Shown piece by piece: positions 12,822-21,673 of a stretch of DNA of 64,000 nucleotides (position 1 is its first letter; the number at the start of each line of letters is the position of its first letter). Source of the DNA: an uncultured Bacillota bacterium. GTDB taxonomy: Bacteria > Bacillota > Dehalobacteriia > UBA4068 > UBA4997. The notes under the pieces are model-generated. The model had not been told where the DNA came from. It saw only the letters and a program-made list of their open reading frames with translations, and searched no databases. A program made the position numbers and the translations under genes. The stretch is taken from NCBI GenBank assembly GCA_948907985.1, contig CAQWMM010000004.1:319-64318 (forward strand). Direction: 5' to 3'.

Positions 12822-13302
12822 TTTTTGCCGCCACCTCTGCAATATATTTGTCCACCAGGGCCATATGCTGCTTATCAGTCATATCCTCGGCCAGCAGGCG
12901 GCCGGCCACGGATACCACCATATCAGCAACTTCACCCTTGATAGCCAGAATAGCGTCGGCCTTTTCCTTGGCAATTTCCGCCTCGGCCCGCGCCAGGATA
13001 CTGTCGGCAGAGTTTCTGGCCTGGGCCAGAATATCTTCCTTGGTAACCTCGGCGTTCTTCTGGGCCTCGTCCAAAATAGCCTTGGCCTGCCGTCTGGCGT
13101 CAGCAATTTCTTCCGCCAGCTTAGCGCTCATCTGTTCAGCCTCCCGGCGCGCCTCGTCAGCCTTATTCAGACTGTCGTCAATGGTTTGCTGCCGGGAATC
13201 AATCATGCGGATAACCGGGCCCCACATGAATTTATATAAAATAGCCACGAGAATTAAAAAATTCACCATGACAAATATTAAATCCTTAACATCAATCTCC
13301 AT
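12814..13302 (-). CDS. atpF: F1Fo ATP synthase b subunit
   Basis: The likely start is MEIDVKDLIFVMVNFLILVAILYKFMWGP, with an AAAGGAGG RBS 11 nt upstream. There is a single TM helix followed by a long coiled coil. The listed ORF start at 13368 is probably an over-extension. Confidence 0.75.
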   Translation of the reverse strand: MEIDVKDLIFVMVNFLILVAILYKFMWGPVIRMIDSRQQTIDDSLNKADEARREAEQMSAKLAEEIADARRQAKAILDEAQKNAEVTKEDILAQARNSADSILARAEAEIAKEKADAILAIKGEVADMVVSVAGRLLAEDMTDKQHMALVDKYIAEVAAKND

Positions 13303-13407
13303 AAAGGCGATTGCCTCCTTTCGGTTGATCCTCTTTGTTGGCATTGACGCCGCCCCGCCCATGCGCACGCAAAGCGCACAGGCAGGCGAGTCAATATTAG
13401 GCTTCTA

Positions 13408-13638
13408 TTAGATGTTGCCTACGATCATGAAAGCGATCAGCAAACCATAAATGGTCAAAGCTTCCAACAAAGCCATAGCCAAAATCATAGCTGTACGGAT
13501 GTCGCCGGCAGCCTCAGGCTGACGGGCGATGCTCTCCATTGCAGCAGCGCCAACTTTGCCCTGGCTCAAAGCCGGGAAGATGGTAGAAACCGCAATAGCC
13601 AAAGCAGCAGCCAAAGCAATAACAGCACTTGTTTCCAT
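13408..13638 (-). CDS. atpE: F1Fo ATP synthase c subunit (proteolipid)
   Basis: 76 aa. It has a two-helix hairpin with the conserved carboxylate, in the context LLEALTIYGLLIAFMIV. Confidence 0.9.
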   Translation of the reverse strand: METSAVIALAAALAIAVSTIFPALSQGKVGAAAMESIARQPEAAGDIRTAMILAMALLEALTIYGLLIAFMIVGNI

Positions 13639-13761
13639 ATTAGAACTCCTCCTTTCTAAATCCCGGGCCTAAAAATCCCCATGGATTTTAAAACTTTATA
13701 CGAATAATACTTAAACGGGAAAACTAAATTTTAAATTAGGGCCTAAAAACAAATCACAACA

Positions 13762-14433
13762 TCAATGCCCTGCGCTGGTGGCCGTGTCAATATAAATGGC
13801 TGAAAGCATGGTAAACACCAGCGCCTGAATAGCGCCGAAAAGCAAACTAAGCACCATAATGACGATTGGCGCACCCAGCGGGATCAGCCCGCTAACCTGA
13901 TGTAGCACAGTTTCTTCACCATAGATATTACCGAATAGACGCAAAGAAAGAGATAACGGGTGAGTAACCTCTTCCAGCAGCATCAAAGGCAGCAGCGGCG
14001 CTACTGGCTTCACAAAATGCCCTAAATAATGCACGCCGTGATATTTGAAACCGCCAAACTGCGTGGTTAAAAACGTGATCAGCGCCAGGCCCACCGTACA
14101 GCTAAGCGTGCCGGTTGGGGGCTGAAAGCCCGGCAGTTCTCCGGCCAAAGGCAATAAGCCGCTGTAATTAGAAACAATAATAAACATAAACAGCGTCCCC
14201 AGGATTGGCAAAAAATAAGTTGCTTTTTCCTTGCCAATAATGCTGGCATAAAAATCACGAAGGCTCCCCACCGCGTATTCCAGCGCGCTTTGCAAACGTC
14301 CCGGTTTACGCTCTTTAAGGTTGCGGGTGCCGGCAATCGCCACCACGCTCAACACCGCCGTAATCGCCACCGACGTAGTCATCACACTGTCCACAGCGAA
14401 GCCGCCGACTTCAAACAAAATAGCGTTAGACAT
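13762..14433 (-). CDS. atpB: F1Fo ATP synthase a subunit
   Basis: 223 aa polytopic membrane protein. The conserved Arg lies in LSLSLRLFGNIYGEE. Confidence 0.9.
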   Translation of the reverse strand: MSNAILFEVGGFAVDSVMTTSVAITAVLSVVAIAGTRNLKERKPGRLQSALEYAVGSLRDFYASIIGKEKATYFLPILGTLFMFIIVSNYSGLLPLAGELPGFQPPTGTLSCTVGLALITFLTTQFGGFKYHGVHYLGHFVKPVAPLLPLMLLEEVTHPLSLSLRLFGNIYGEETVLHQVSGLIPLGAPIVIMVLSLLFGAIQALVFTMLSAIYIDTATSAGH

Positions 14434-14519
14434 AAATACCTGCCTCCTTTCTTTGCAAACTTAATGTAAAATATTTGAAAACTTTTTTACATCTCTTAAA
14501 TAAAAATAACCATATTGTC

Positions 14520-14682
14520 CCGCCCTCTCAGCCATCGACTCCCTAAAGGTCGCCGCTGCCAGCTCCCCCAAAAGGGGGAGCCAAGTTTAAATACTTAACT
14601 ATTAATAAACATTTTAAACCTGCCTCTCCCTTTGGGAGAGGTGTCATATCTGACCGTTAAGGAAGATATGACGGAGAGGGTA
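14520..14682. repeat. MITE-like element copy A (terminal inverted repeats GCCCTCTC...GAGAGGGT, internal palindromes), inserted between atpI and atpB
   Basis: The left end is cgCCCTCTCag and the right end gacgGAGAGGGta. Internal hairpins are gctcccccaaaagggggagc, cctctccctttgggagagg and tcatatct...agatatga. A 25-nt stretch is identical with copy B. Confidence 0.6.
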
Positions 14683-14687
14683 ATTCA

Positions 14688-15071
14688 TTAAGAACCCTGT
14701 CCCGCTCTAATTCGCTTATTCATACCGGAACAGGCCAACATAATCTGGAAGAAAACCGTAATCATCAACGCCACCCCCAGCAGGATATACTCCCAGCGGA
14801 AAGGCAGCATATTCCTGGCCAAAAACAAGCCCAGCAGCAAAAGCACATCCAACAGATATTTGCTGACATGAAACCGCAATATCACATTCAAAGTTTGGCG
14901 GTCTTCCGCCTGCTTGTCCCCTCCGGCCGCAATCGCCGCTGCCGCTTTGGCGTCCCGTTTCTTTATCACATTAAAAAGCAAGGCCAGAGCTAGCAATGCC
15001 CAAGCGCCGCCAATCAACATACCCAAAAGCAGCGCGTAAACAATTTCCATAATGCTCTGACCTCCCGTCAA
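14688..15071 (-). CDS. atpI: ATP synthase protein I-like small membrane protein
   Basis: 127-aa hydrophobic protein at the first position of the atp operon. The true start is possibly the internal MEIVYALLLG. Confidence 0.5.
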   Translation of the reverse strand: MTGGQSIMEIVYALLLGMLIGGAWALLALALLFNVIKKRDAKAAAAIAAGGDKQAEDRQTLNVILRFHVSKYLLDVLLLLGLFLARNMLPFRWEYILLGVALMITVFFQIMLACSGMNKRIRAGQGS

Positions 15072-15195
15072 GTTTCTGCTTAAAGCTTCGGCCCAGCCGC
15101 CCCAATTTGCTTAAAGCCGCTTTTCCAATTATTATTATACAAAAGAGGAGGGCAAAAGGCAATACCAAAAACCCATTTTACACAAAATTTTTCAA

Positions 15196-15233
15196 AAAAT
15201 ATTTTACGGCAGCCATTTTTTATGGCCGCCGTA
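15196..15233 (-). terminator. intrinsic terminator downstream of ridA
   Basis: On the minus strand the hairpin is tacggcggccat-aaaaaa-tggctgccgta, followed by a T-run. Confidence 0.5.
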
Positions 15234-15237
15234 AAAA

Positions 15238-15624
15238 TTATGCTTCCGGAATTTTCGCAATCAGTTCCACTTCCAACAGACTGCCCTTCGGCAAAGCCGC
15301 AATCTGCACGCAGGAGCGCGCCGGATAAGGCTGCACAAAATATTCGGCATAAATAGCGTTAACCGTGGCAAAATTCGCCAAATCCGTTAAAAACACCGTA
15401 GTTTTCACCACATCGGCAAAGCCGCAGCCCGCCGCAGCCAGCACCTGCTGCAAATTGGCAAAAACCTGCCGGGCCTGGCTGTCCACATCCGCCGCCGCCA
15501 AATCGCCGCTGGCCGGATTAATCGGCACCTGACCGGACGCGAACAAAAATCCGCCCGCTTTAATCGCCTGCGAGTACGGCCCCAGAGCCGCCGGCGCCGC
15601 CGCTGTCGCAACTTGTTCCAACAT
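15238..15624 (-). CDS. ridA: RidA/YjgF family reactive-intermediate deaminase
   Basis: 128 aa. The N-terminus APAALGPYSQAIKAGGFLFASGQ is typical of RidA. Confidence 0.8.
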   Translation of the reverse strand: MLEQVATAAAPAALGPYSQAIKAGGFLFASGQVPINPASGDLAAADVDSQARQVFANLQQVLAAAGCGFADVVKTTVFLTDLANFATVNAIYAEYFVQPYPARSCVQIAALPKGSLLEVELIAKIPEA

Positions 15625-16243
15625 TTACCTCACTCATCCCTTCTATGTTATTTACACTATTTGCAGCCGAGGCGCCGCCGTCTGTCTGCTGCTCCTCGTC
15701 CTCAAACACAGAATCATATTTTTCATGTTCCTTAGCCTGCATCGCCATCATCTTAGCCATCGTATAGAGCACCTGACTGTATTCCAACAGCTTTTGTTCG
15801 TCGGAGCCCGGCACCTGGCCGCCGGAAGAAATACGCCGCGCAATTTCCATCATCTTCAGCATATATTCCATAGCCTCTTTGGCGGCCTCCACCTCGTCTT
15901 TGGCCTTTTCCGCATTTTCCTGCAACATTTCCTGCATGGCTTTTGCAGCCTGCGCCTGCATTTGCTCCTCAAAGGCCTGCTTGTTGTCCACGCCGGTCAG
16001 CGCTTTATAAACCCTGGCGGCATATTCAGCCGAGCCCTTTTTTATCGACAATTCCACCTTATCCCGCCGGCTGACCGTGGCCTGCTTGGCGGCTGTCTGC
16101 TGCAAATCCTTTTGCGCGCTCTCTTCCAGGCGCTGCGCCATATCCGCCACCACCGAGCGGCCAGCGCCGTTATCGGTCTGTTTGCCGCGCCGGACGTTCT
16201 GCCCGCCGAAAAGTTTGTTGTTGCTAAAAGTTGTGATCCTCAT
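15560..16243 (-). CDS. hypothetical protein (Ala/Gln/Lys-rich, predicted helical)
   Basis: 227-aa ORF. Its 3' end overlaps the ridA start by 65 nt, so the true end is uncertain. No recognisable motifs. Confidence 0.4.
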   Translation of the reverse strand: MRITTFSNNKLFGGQNVRRGKQTDNGAGRSVVADMAQRLEESAQKDLQQTAAKQATVSRRDKVELSIKKGSAEYAARVYKALTGVDNKQAFEEQMQAQAAKAMQEMLQENAEKAKDEVEAAKEAMEYMLKMMEIARRISSGGQVPGSDEQKLLEYSQVLYTMAKMMAMQAKEHEKYDSVFEDEEQQTDGGASAANSVNNIEGMSEVNVGTSCDSGGAGGSGAVLAGD

Positions 16244-16300
16244 AATATCAAGCCTCCTTGACCCTGGCTTTAAGGGCTGTTTATTTAAGAATGGTTATCT

Positions 16301-17374
16301 TTAATGATGGCCGTTGCGGTGATGACCGTTAGCATAATGATGTGTATGGTTCAACTGGCAGTTTTCCGCACAATAGGCATAGTTATGCGTATGATTCAGC
16401 GGGCAGTTTTCCGGGCAATATGAGCCGCTGCGCCGGTGCGCCTGCTGATAAAAATAGTCGTCCCGCTCCACCTGCATATCCAACAGTTCACCGGTGTAGG
16501 CGTCCAGCTCCATTTCATACTCCGTGAAGTTATAATAAATCTCCACCTCATAAACCCAACGGTTATCATCATATTCCAGCTTCAGCTTGGTTATGTTGTT
16601 AAGTGTCGCCCCGGGAACCTGGCGCAGGGCCGCCGCTCTGGCCGCGTCGTTATCCATCATTTGCGGCTGGCCGTTAGTTTGATTGCCGGCCTGATTGCCG
16701 GTCTGATTTTGATTGCCCGCCGGCTGCTGCCCACCGGGATTAGTTGTACTGCCAAAACTATCCGCGTCGGTAACGGTAGTGCCAACCCCCGCCCCGCCGG
16801 AAAGGGTAATTGTGCTGGTGTAGCCGTTCCAATCAACATTTTTGCCCATCAGTTCGCCAATCGCCCGCAGCGGCAGATAAACCGAACCGTTATAAAGCAG
16901 CGGGTAAACATAAGAACCGTCGGAGTTGCTGAAACTGCGAACCGCGCCGTCCACCATAATTTTAAAATCCGGGCGCAACTGGGCGCTGACGTATTGCTGA
17001 CTGGCCGGCGTCAAACGGCCGGTGGTCGGCGCAGCGGTGCGCACCCCCGCCAGGCTGACGGTAAGATTGGCCTCATCCCAGTTAACATTTTTATTCATCA
17101 ACTCGCCGATCGCCCGCAGCGGCAAATAGGTTGTGCCATTATAAACCAGCGGATAAACCGGACTGCCGGAGGAATTGAAAAAATTCTGCTGCACACCGTC
17201 CACGATAATCGTGTAGGACGGATTTAACTGCGCCGTAACACCAGTCGCCACCGGCGCGGCATTAGCGGGGCCGGAAAACCCGGCAAACAGATTAACCAGC
17301 AGAAAGGCCCCCAAAAAAATAAATGGAGCAGAAAAGGAGCCCTTTAACCAAGTGTTCTTTTTCATAAACAACAT
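16301..17374 (-). CDS. secreted protein with two copper-amine-oxidase N-terminal-like (stalk) repeats, a PepSY domain and a His/Cys-rich C-terminal tail
   Basis: It has a signal peptide. The stalk motif YPL(V/L)YNG(T/S)xYLPLRAIGELMxKNV(N/D)W occurs twice. The PepSY-like block is ITKLKLEYDDNRWVYEVEI. The tail carries CPENCPLNHTHNYAYCAENCQLNHTHHYANGHHRNGHH. Confidence 0.6.
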   Translation of the reverse strand: MLFMKKNTWLKGSFSAPFIFLGAFLLVNLFAGFSGPANAAPVATGVTAQLNPSYTIIVDGVQQNFFNSSGSPVYPLVYNGTTYLPLRAIGELMNKNVNWDEANLTVSLAGVRTAAPTTGRLTPASQQYVSAQLRPDFKIMVDGAVRSFSNSDGSYVYPLLYNGSVYLPLRAIGELMGKNVDWNGYTSTITLSGGAGVGTTVTDADSFGSTTNPGGQQPAGNQNQTGNQAGNQTNGQPQMMDNDAARAAALRQVPGATLNNITKLKLEYDDNRWVYEVEIYYNFTEYEMELDAYTGELLDMQVERDDYFYQQAHRRSGSYCPENCPLNHTHNYAYCAENCQLNHTHHYANGHHRNGHH

Positions 17375-17454
17375 CCTTTCTCAATATCTTGTCTGCCTGA
17401 AATTTTTCTTCATATTAATATTATAAAAAATTTTACGCCGTTGTGCAAGCCTTT

Positions 17455-19425
17455 TTAGGATTTTTTAGCGGCAGTTTTTGGCTGGGCGCGCTTAAACTGC
17501 CTTTTTCCTCCCGTCCCGCGGCGCGGCTCCTCCGGGAACTTAACATAGCGATTAGACGTGCGGCAATCCTGCACCAAAAACTGCACATAACGGCGGATAC
17601 TGGCCATAAAAACCTCCTCCGTCATCCGCCCGTCCGCGATAGCGGCAAGGCCGCGTTCCCATTTGCCGGTGGTTTCCGGTGATTTCAGCTCCGGCGGCGC
17701 CACATCCATCAAGCGTTCGCCCTTCTCAGTAGGCAGCAGCGCCTTAGCCTGCCGGCGGATATAGCCCACCTTAAGCAGGCGCTCAATAATCGCCGCCCGC
17801 GTGGCCGGCGTGCCCAAACCACTCTCTTTCAGCTGTTCGCGCAGCGCCTCGTCCTCCACAAAGCGGCCGGCGTTTTCCATGGCCGAAAGCAGCCCGGCTT
17901 CAGTGTATGGTTTGGGCGGCTGGGTTTTTTTACGCGCCGCCTTAGCCACCAGCGTCTGCACCGCCTCGCCTTCCCGCAGGCTGGGCAAATTTTGGTTTTC
18001 CGCCTCCTTGCCGCCAGCCGTCTTTTTAGAGGCCGCCGCCTTTTCTGCTGCCAACATCTGATAGGGCCGCTGCCAGCCCAGCGCCAAAACTTCCTGCCCG
18101 CGCGAGGCGAAAATTTCCGCCCGGGGCAGGCCGTCCTTTTCGGCGGCCACCTCGGTTAGAACTCTGGTTACGGCGTAACGGCAGGGTGGATAGAAAACCG
18201 CCAGAAAACGCAGCGCCACCAGCTGAAACACCTTTAGCTCCTCATCCATCAGGTTATCCAGACGCAGCCGGCCCTCGGTAGGAATAATAGCGTGATGATC
18301 GGTGATCTTGCTGTTGTCGATAATCCTTTTACCAAGCGGCAGCGGCCCCGGCAGCAATTCCTGCGCCACCGCCCCAAACTGCGGCAGCTCCGCCAGCTGA
18401 CGCACCCGCCCCAAAAGGCGCGGCGCCAGATCCTCGCTTAAATAACGGCTGTCCGTGCGCGGATAAGTTAAAAGCTTGCGCCGCTCATACAAGCTCTGGG
18501 CAATATCCAGCGTTTTCTGGGCGGAAAAGCCATAGCGCCGGTTACAATCGCGCTGCAACTCTGTCAGGTCGTAAAGCAGCGGCGGCGGCTGGCTTTTCTC
18601 TTCCCGGCTGACCTGCAAAACCCGAGCCGGGCGGCCTTTAACCCGGGCAGCCAGCGCTTTGGCTTTTTCCGCCGCCGCCTCGCCGGTAATTCTGCTTTGC
18701 CCTTCCTGGTTCTGCCAAATACCCCAATAGCCGCTGGCCCCCTCCGGTTCCGCCGGCAGAGCGAAATCCGCTTTAACTTCATAATATTCCTCCGGCACAA
18801 AAGCTGCGATCTCCCGCGCCCGGTTAACGATAATCGCCAGGGTGGGGGTTTGCACCCGGCCAACGGAAAGCAGGGTATTATATTTAAGCGTATAGGCGCG
18901 GCTGGCGTTAATACCCACCAGCCAGTCCGCCTCCGAACGGCAGCGGGCCGAGGCGAAAAGCCGATCGTAATCCGCGCCGGGACGCAGGCTGGCAAAGCCC
19001 TCCCGAATGGCCTGATCAGTCATGCTGGAAACCCAAAGCCGCTGGAAAGGCTTGCGGCAGCCGCACAGCTGATAAATATAGCGAAAAATCAACTCGCCCT
19101 CGCGGCCGGAATCGGTGGCGCAGATCAGGCTGGCCACCTCCGGGCTTTTCAGCAGCCGGCGCAGCACGGCCAGCTGGCTTTTGCCGCCGGGAACCGCGCG
19201 CAGCTGCATTTTTTCCGGCATAATGGGCAGAGCATCCATGCGCCATTTTTTCCATTCCGGGTTATAATCCTCCGGATCACAGAGCGCGGCCAAATGGCCA
19301 ACCGCCCAGGACACCAGATAATCCCCGCCGCCAAGATAACCCTCACCCTTTTCCCGGCAGCCCAGCACACGAGCGATATCCCGGCCAACCGATGGTTTTT
19401 CGGCAATCACTAAAATTTTTGACAC
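17455..19425 (-). CDS. topB: DNA topoisomerase III
   Basis: 656 aa. The TOPRIM N-terminus is MSKILVIAEKPSVGRDIA. The type IA catalytic region is present. Confidence 0.9.
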   Translation of the reverse strand: MSKILVIAEKPSVGRDIARVLGCREKGEGYLGGGDYLVSWAVGHLAALCDPEDYNPEWKKWRMDALPIMPEKMQLRAVPGGKSQLAVLRRLLKSPEVASLICATDSGREGELIFRYIYQLCGCRKPFQRLWVSSMTDQAIREGFASLRPGADYDRLFASARCRSEADWLVGINASRAYTLKYNTLLSVGRVQTPTLAIIVNRAREIAAFVPEEYYEVKADFALPAEPEGASGYWGIWQNQEGQSRITGEAAAEKAKALAARVKGRPARVLQVSREEKSQPPPLLYDLTELQRDCNRRYGFSAQKTLDIAQSLYERRKLLTYPRTDSRYLSEDLAPRLLGRVRQLAELPQFGAVAQELLPGPLPLGKRIIDNSKITDHHAIIPTEGRLRLDNLMDEELKVFQLVALRFLAVFYPPCRYAVTRVLTEVAAEKDGLPRAEIFASRGQEVLALGWQRPYQMLAAEKAAASKKTAGGKEAENQNLPSLREGEAVQTLVAKAARKKTQPPKPYTEAGLLSAMENAGRFVEDEALREQLKESGLGTPATRAAIIERLLKVGYIRRQAKALLPTEKGERLMDVAPPELKSPETTGKWERGLAAIADGRMTEEVFMASIRRYVQFLVQDCRTSNRYVKFPEEPRRGTGGKRQFKRAQPKTAAKKS

Positions 19426-19451
19426 TATGTACTCCTAACATAATTTGATGT

Positions 19452-19595
19452 TGTAATTTTTTTGTCAGCACGCCGCCCTCTCAGTCATCCAGCCTCGCTG
19501 GATGCCAGCTCTCCCAGAGGGGAGAGCCACGTTTTACAAGCGAAAAGGCCTGCCTCTCCCTTTGGGAGAGGTGGCTATTTTGGGCCTTTAAGGCG
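19452..19595. repeat. MITE-like element copy B (TIRs GCCCTCTCAG...GACGGAGAGGGC)
   Basis: It sits in the intergenic region between topB and the aminopeptidase gene. It shares with copy A the identical 25-mer cctgcctctccctttgggagaggtg and the right-end motif ttaagg...gacggagaggg. Confidence 0.6.
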
Positions 19596-19641
19596 AAAAA
19601 TAGACGGAGAGGGCGTAATATGCAGATGAGCCGCTATTGAC

Positions 19642-21057
19642 CTATGCCTCAATAAAGGCTTTATAGCCCTTGTACGCCTCAAACACATCAGCCTTGCTGA
19701 CGACCTCCCAGGGCGCGTGCATACTCAAAACCGGCACGCCGCTGTCGATAACCTCCATACCGTAAAGCGCCAGAATATAAGCGATCGTGCCGCCGCCGCC
19801 CAAATCCACCTTGCCCAACTCCGCCGTCTGATAATGCACCCCGGCTTCATCCATAACCTGCCGCAGCCAACCTAAGTATTCCGCGTTAGCGTCATTAGAA
19901 CCGGATTTGCCCCGCGCCCCGGTGAACTTGTTAAACACCAGCCCATGGCTTAAATAGGCCACGTTATTTTTCTCAAAGGCCGCGGCATAAGCCGGATCAA
20001 AGGCCGAGCTTACATCGGAGGACAACATGCGGCTATGCTGCAAAAGCCGCCGCAGGTTAAGTTCGGAGAACTCGCCGCACAAATTCAGAAGCTCGGCCAC
20101 GGCATTTTCAAAAAAGCGGGACTGCATACCCGTTGCGCCCACACTGCCGATTTCCTCCTTATCCACCAGCAGGCAACAGGCGCAGCGCCGGCTGTTTTCA
20201 ACCTCCAGCATGGCCCGCAGCGAGGGATAGGCGCAAGCCGCATCGTCCTGCCCATAAGCCAAAATCATACTCCGATCCAAACCGGCCTCCCGGGCCGCTC
20301 CCGCCGGCGTAACTTCCAATTCGGCCGAAACAAAGTCTTCCTCCTCAAGGCCGTATTTTTCTTTAAGCAAGCGCAAAATATTGGCTTTAACCGCCTGTTT
20401 AGCCGTTTTTTCAGTTTTTTCGTCCGCTTTATCCGGTTCGGCTTCGGCCTGCGCCGCATTGCCCACCAACAAGTTCAGGGCCTCGCCCTCCACCACGCGC
20501 GCGCCCTTTTTCTCCAGCTGCTCCTGCGCCAAATGAATCAGCAAATCCGTCACGCAAAAAACCGGATCGTCCTTATCTTCGCCAATCACAATATCCACCG
20601 TCTGGCCGTCCTTTTTCACCACCACGCCATGCAGGGCCAGGGGCAAAGTTACCCATTGATATTTTTTGATGCCGCCGTAATAGTGCGTATCCAAAAAGGC
20701 CAGTTCGCCGTCCTCAAACAGCGGGTTTTGTTTAATATCCAGCCGGGGCGAATCAATATGCGCCCCCAAAATATTCAGCCCGGCCAAAAGCGGCTCCTCT
20801 CCCAGCCGGAACAAAGCTACCGCCTTGCCCATGCAAACCCGATACAATTTGGCCCCCGGCTGTAAATCCGCGCCGCCGGCGGCGATTAGTTCGTCCATAT
20901 CCACATAGCCCGCCGCCCGGGCCTGGCGTACAATCTCACGCACGCTTTCCCGCTCGGTTTTGCAGTCCGTCAAAAACCGGCGGTAATCCGCCGCGACGTT
21001 TTCCAGCTGGGCCCGCTCCGCTTCATTATATAGCTTAAAACAATTTTTTCTTTCCAA
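19642..21057 (-). CDS. M18-family aminopeptidase
   Basis: 471 aa. The LGAHIDSPRLDIK motif resembles the M18 HTDSP region. Confidence 0.7.
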   Translation of the reverse strand: MERKNCFKLYNEAERAQLENVAADYRRFLTDCKTERESVREIVRQARAAGYVDMDELIAAGGADLQPGAKLYRVCMGKAVALFRLGEEPLLAGLNILGAHIDSPRLDIKQNPLFEDGELAFLDTHYYGGIKKYQWVTLPLALHGVVVKKDGQTVDIVIGEDKDDPVFCVTDLLIHLAQEQLEKKGARVVEGEALNLLVGNAAQAEAEPDKADEKTEKTAKQAVKANILRLLKEKYGLEEEDFVSAELEVTPAGAAREAGLDRSMILAYGQDDAACAYPSLRAMLEVENSRRCACCLLVDKEEIGSVGATGMQSRFFENAVAELLNLCGEFSELNLRRLLQHSRMLSSDVSSAFDPAYAAAFEKNNVAYLSHGLVFNKFTGARGKSGSNDANAEYLGWLRQVMDEAGVHYQTAELGKVDLGGGGTIAYILALYGMEVIDSGVPVLSMHAPWEVVSKADVFEAYKGYKAFIEA

Positions 21058-21184
21058 TTTTCTTCGCCTCCCAAAAAATTCTTTATAAATAATTATAAGA
21101 CAATTTTACAATAAATACAAGACGCCCCCTTGAAAACCTAGTAAATATATGTTATTATAGGGTAAAAGGAGCGTTGCAAAAAAA

Positions 21185-21619
21185 ATGAAAATTTCCACCA
21201 AGGGCCGCTACGCCCTGCGCATGCTGCTGGATTTGGCCGAGCATCAGAACGAGGGTTTCATTGCGCTAAAGGATATTGCCGCCCGCCAGCAGATTTCCAA
21301 AAAGTATTTGGAGCAGATTGTGGCGATTTTGAACAAAACGGATATACTGCAAACCAACCGCGGTTTTCAGGGCGGCTATAAACTGGCCAAGCCGCCCCGG
21401 CAATACACCGTCGGCGATATCCTGCGCCTGACGGAGGGCAGCCTGTCCCCGGTATCCTGCCTGGATTTGGGGCCGGCCAGCTGCCCGCGCCACAACTTTT
21501 GCGCAACGCTGCCCGTCTGGCAGGGGTTAGAAGCGGTTATCAACAACTATCTGGACGGCGTTACCCTGCAAGATATTTTGGAACAGCAGCAATCCTTAAA
21601 TGAACAAAAGTCTAATTAA
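21185..21619 (+). CDS. Rrf2-family transcriptional regulator
   Basis: 144 aa. The N-terminus MKISTKGRYALRMLLDLA carries the Rrf2 HTH. The Cys-rich C-terminus has CLDLGPASCPRHNFC. The promoter reads TTGAAA-17-TATTAT. Confidence 0.8.
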   Translation: MKISTKGRYALRMLLDLAEHQNEGFIALKDIAARQQISKKYLEQIVAILNKTDILQTNRGFQGGYKLAKPPRQYTVGDILRLTEGSLSPVSCLDLGPASCPRHNFCATLPVWQGLEAVINNYLDGVTLQDILEQQQSLNEQKSN

Positions 21620-21673
21620 ACCAACCCGGCAAACAATCTGCCGGGTTGGTTTTTTGCGTGAACACTTAATAGC

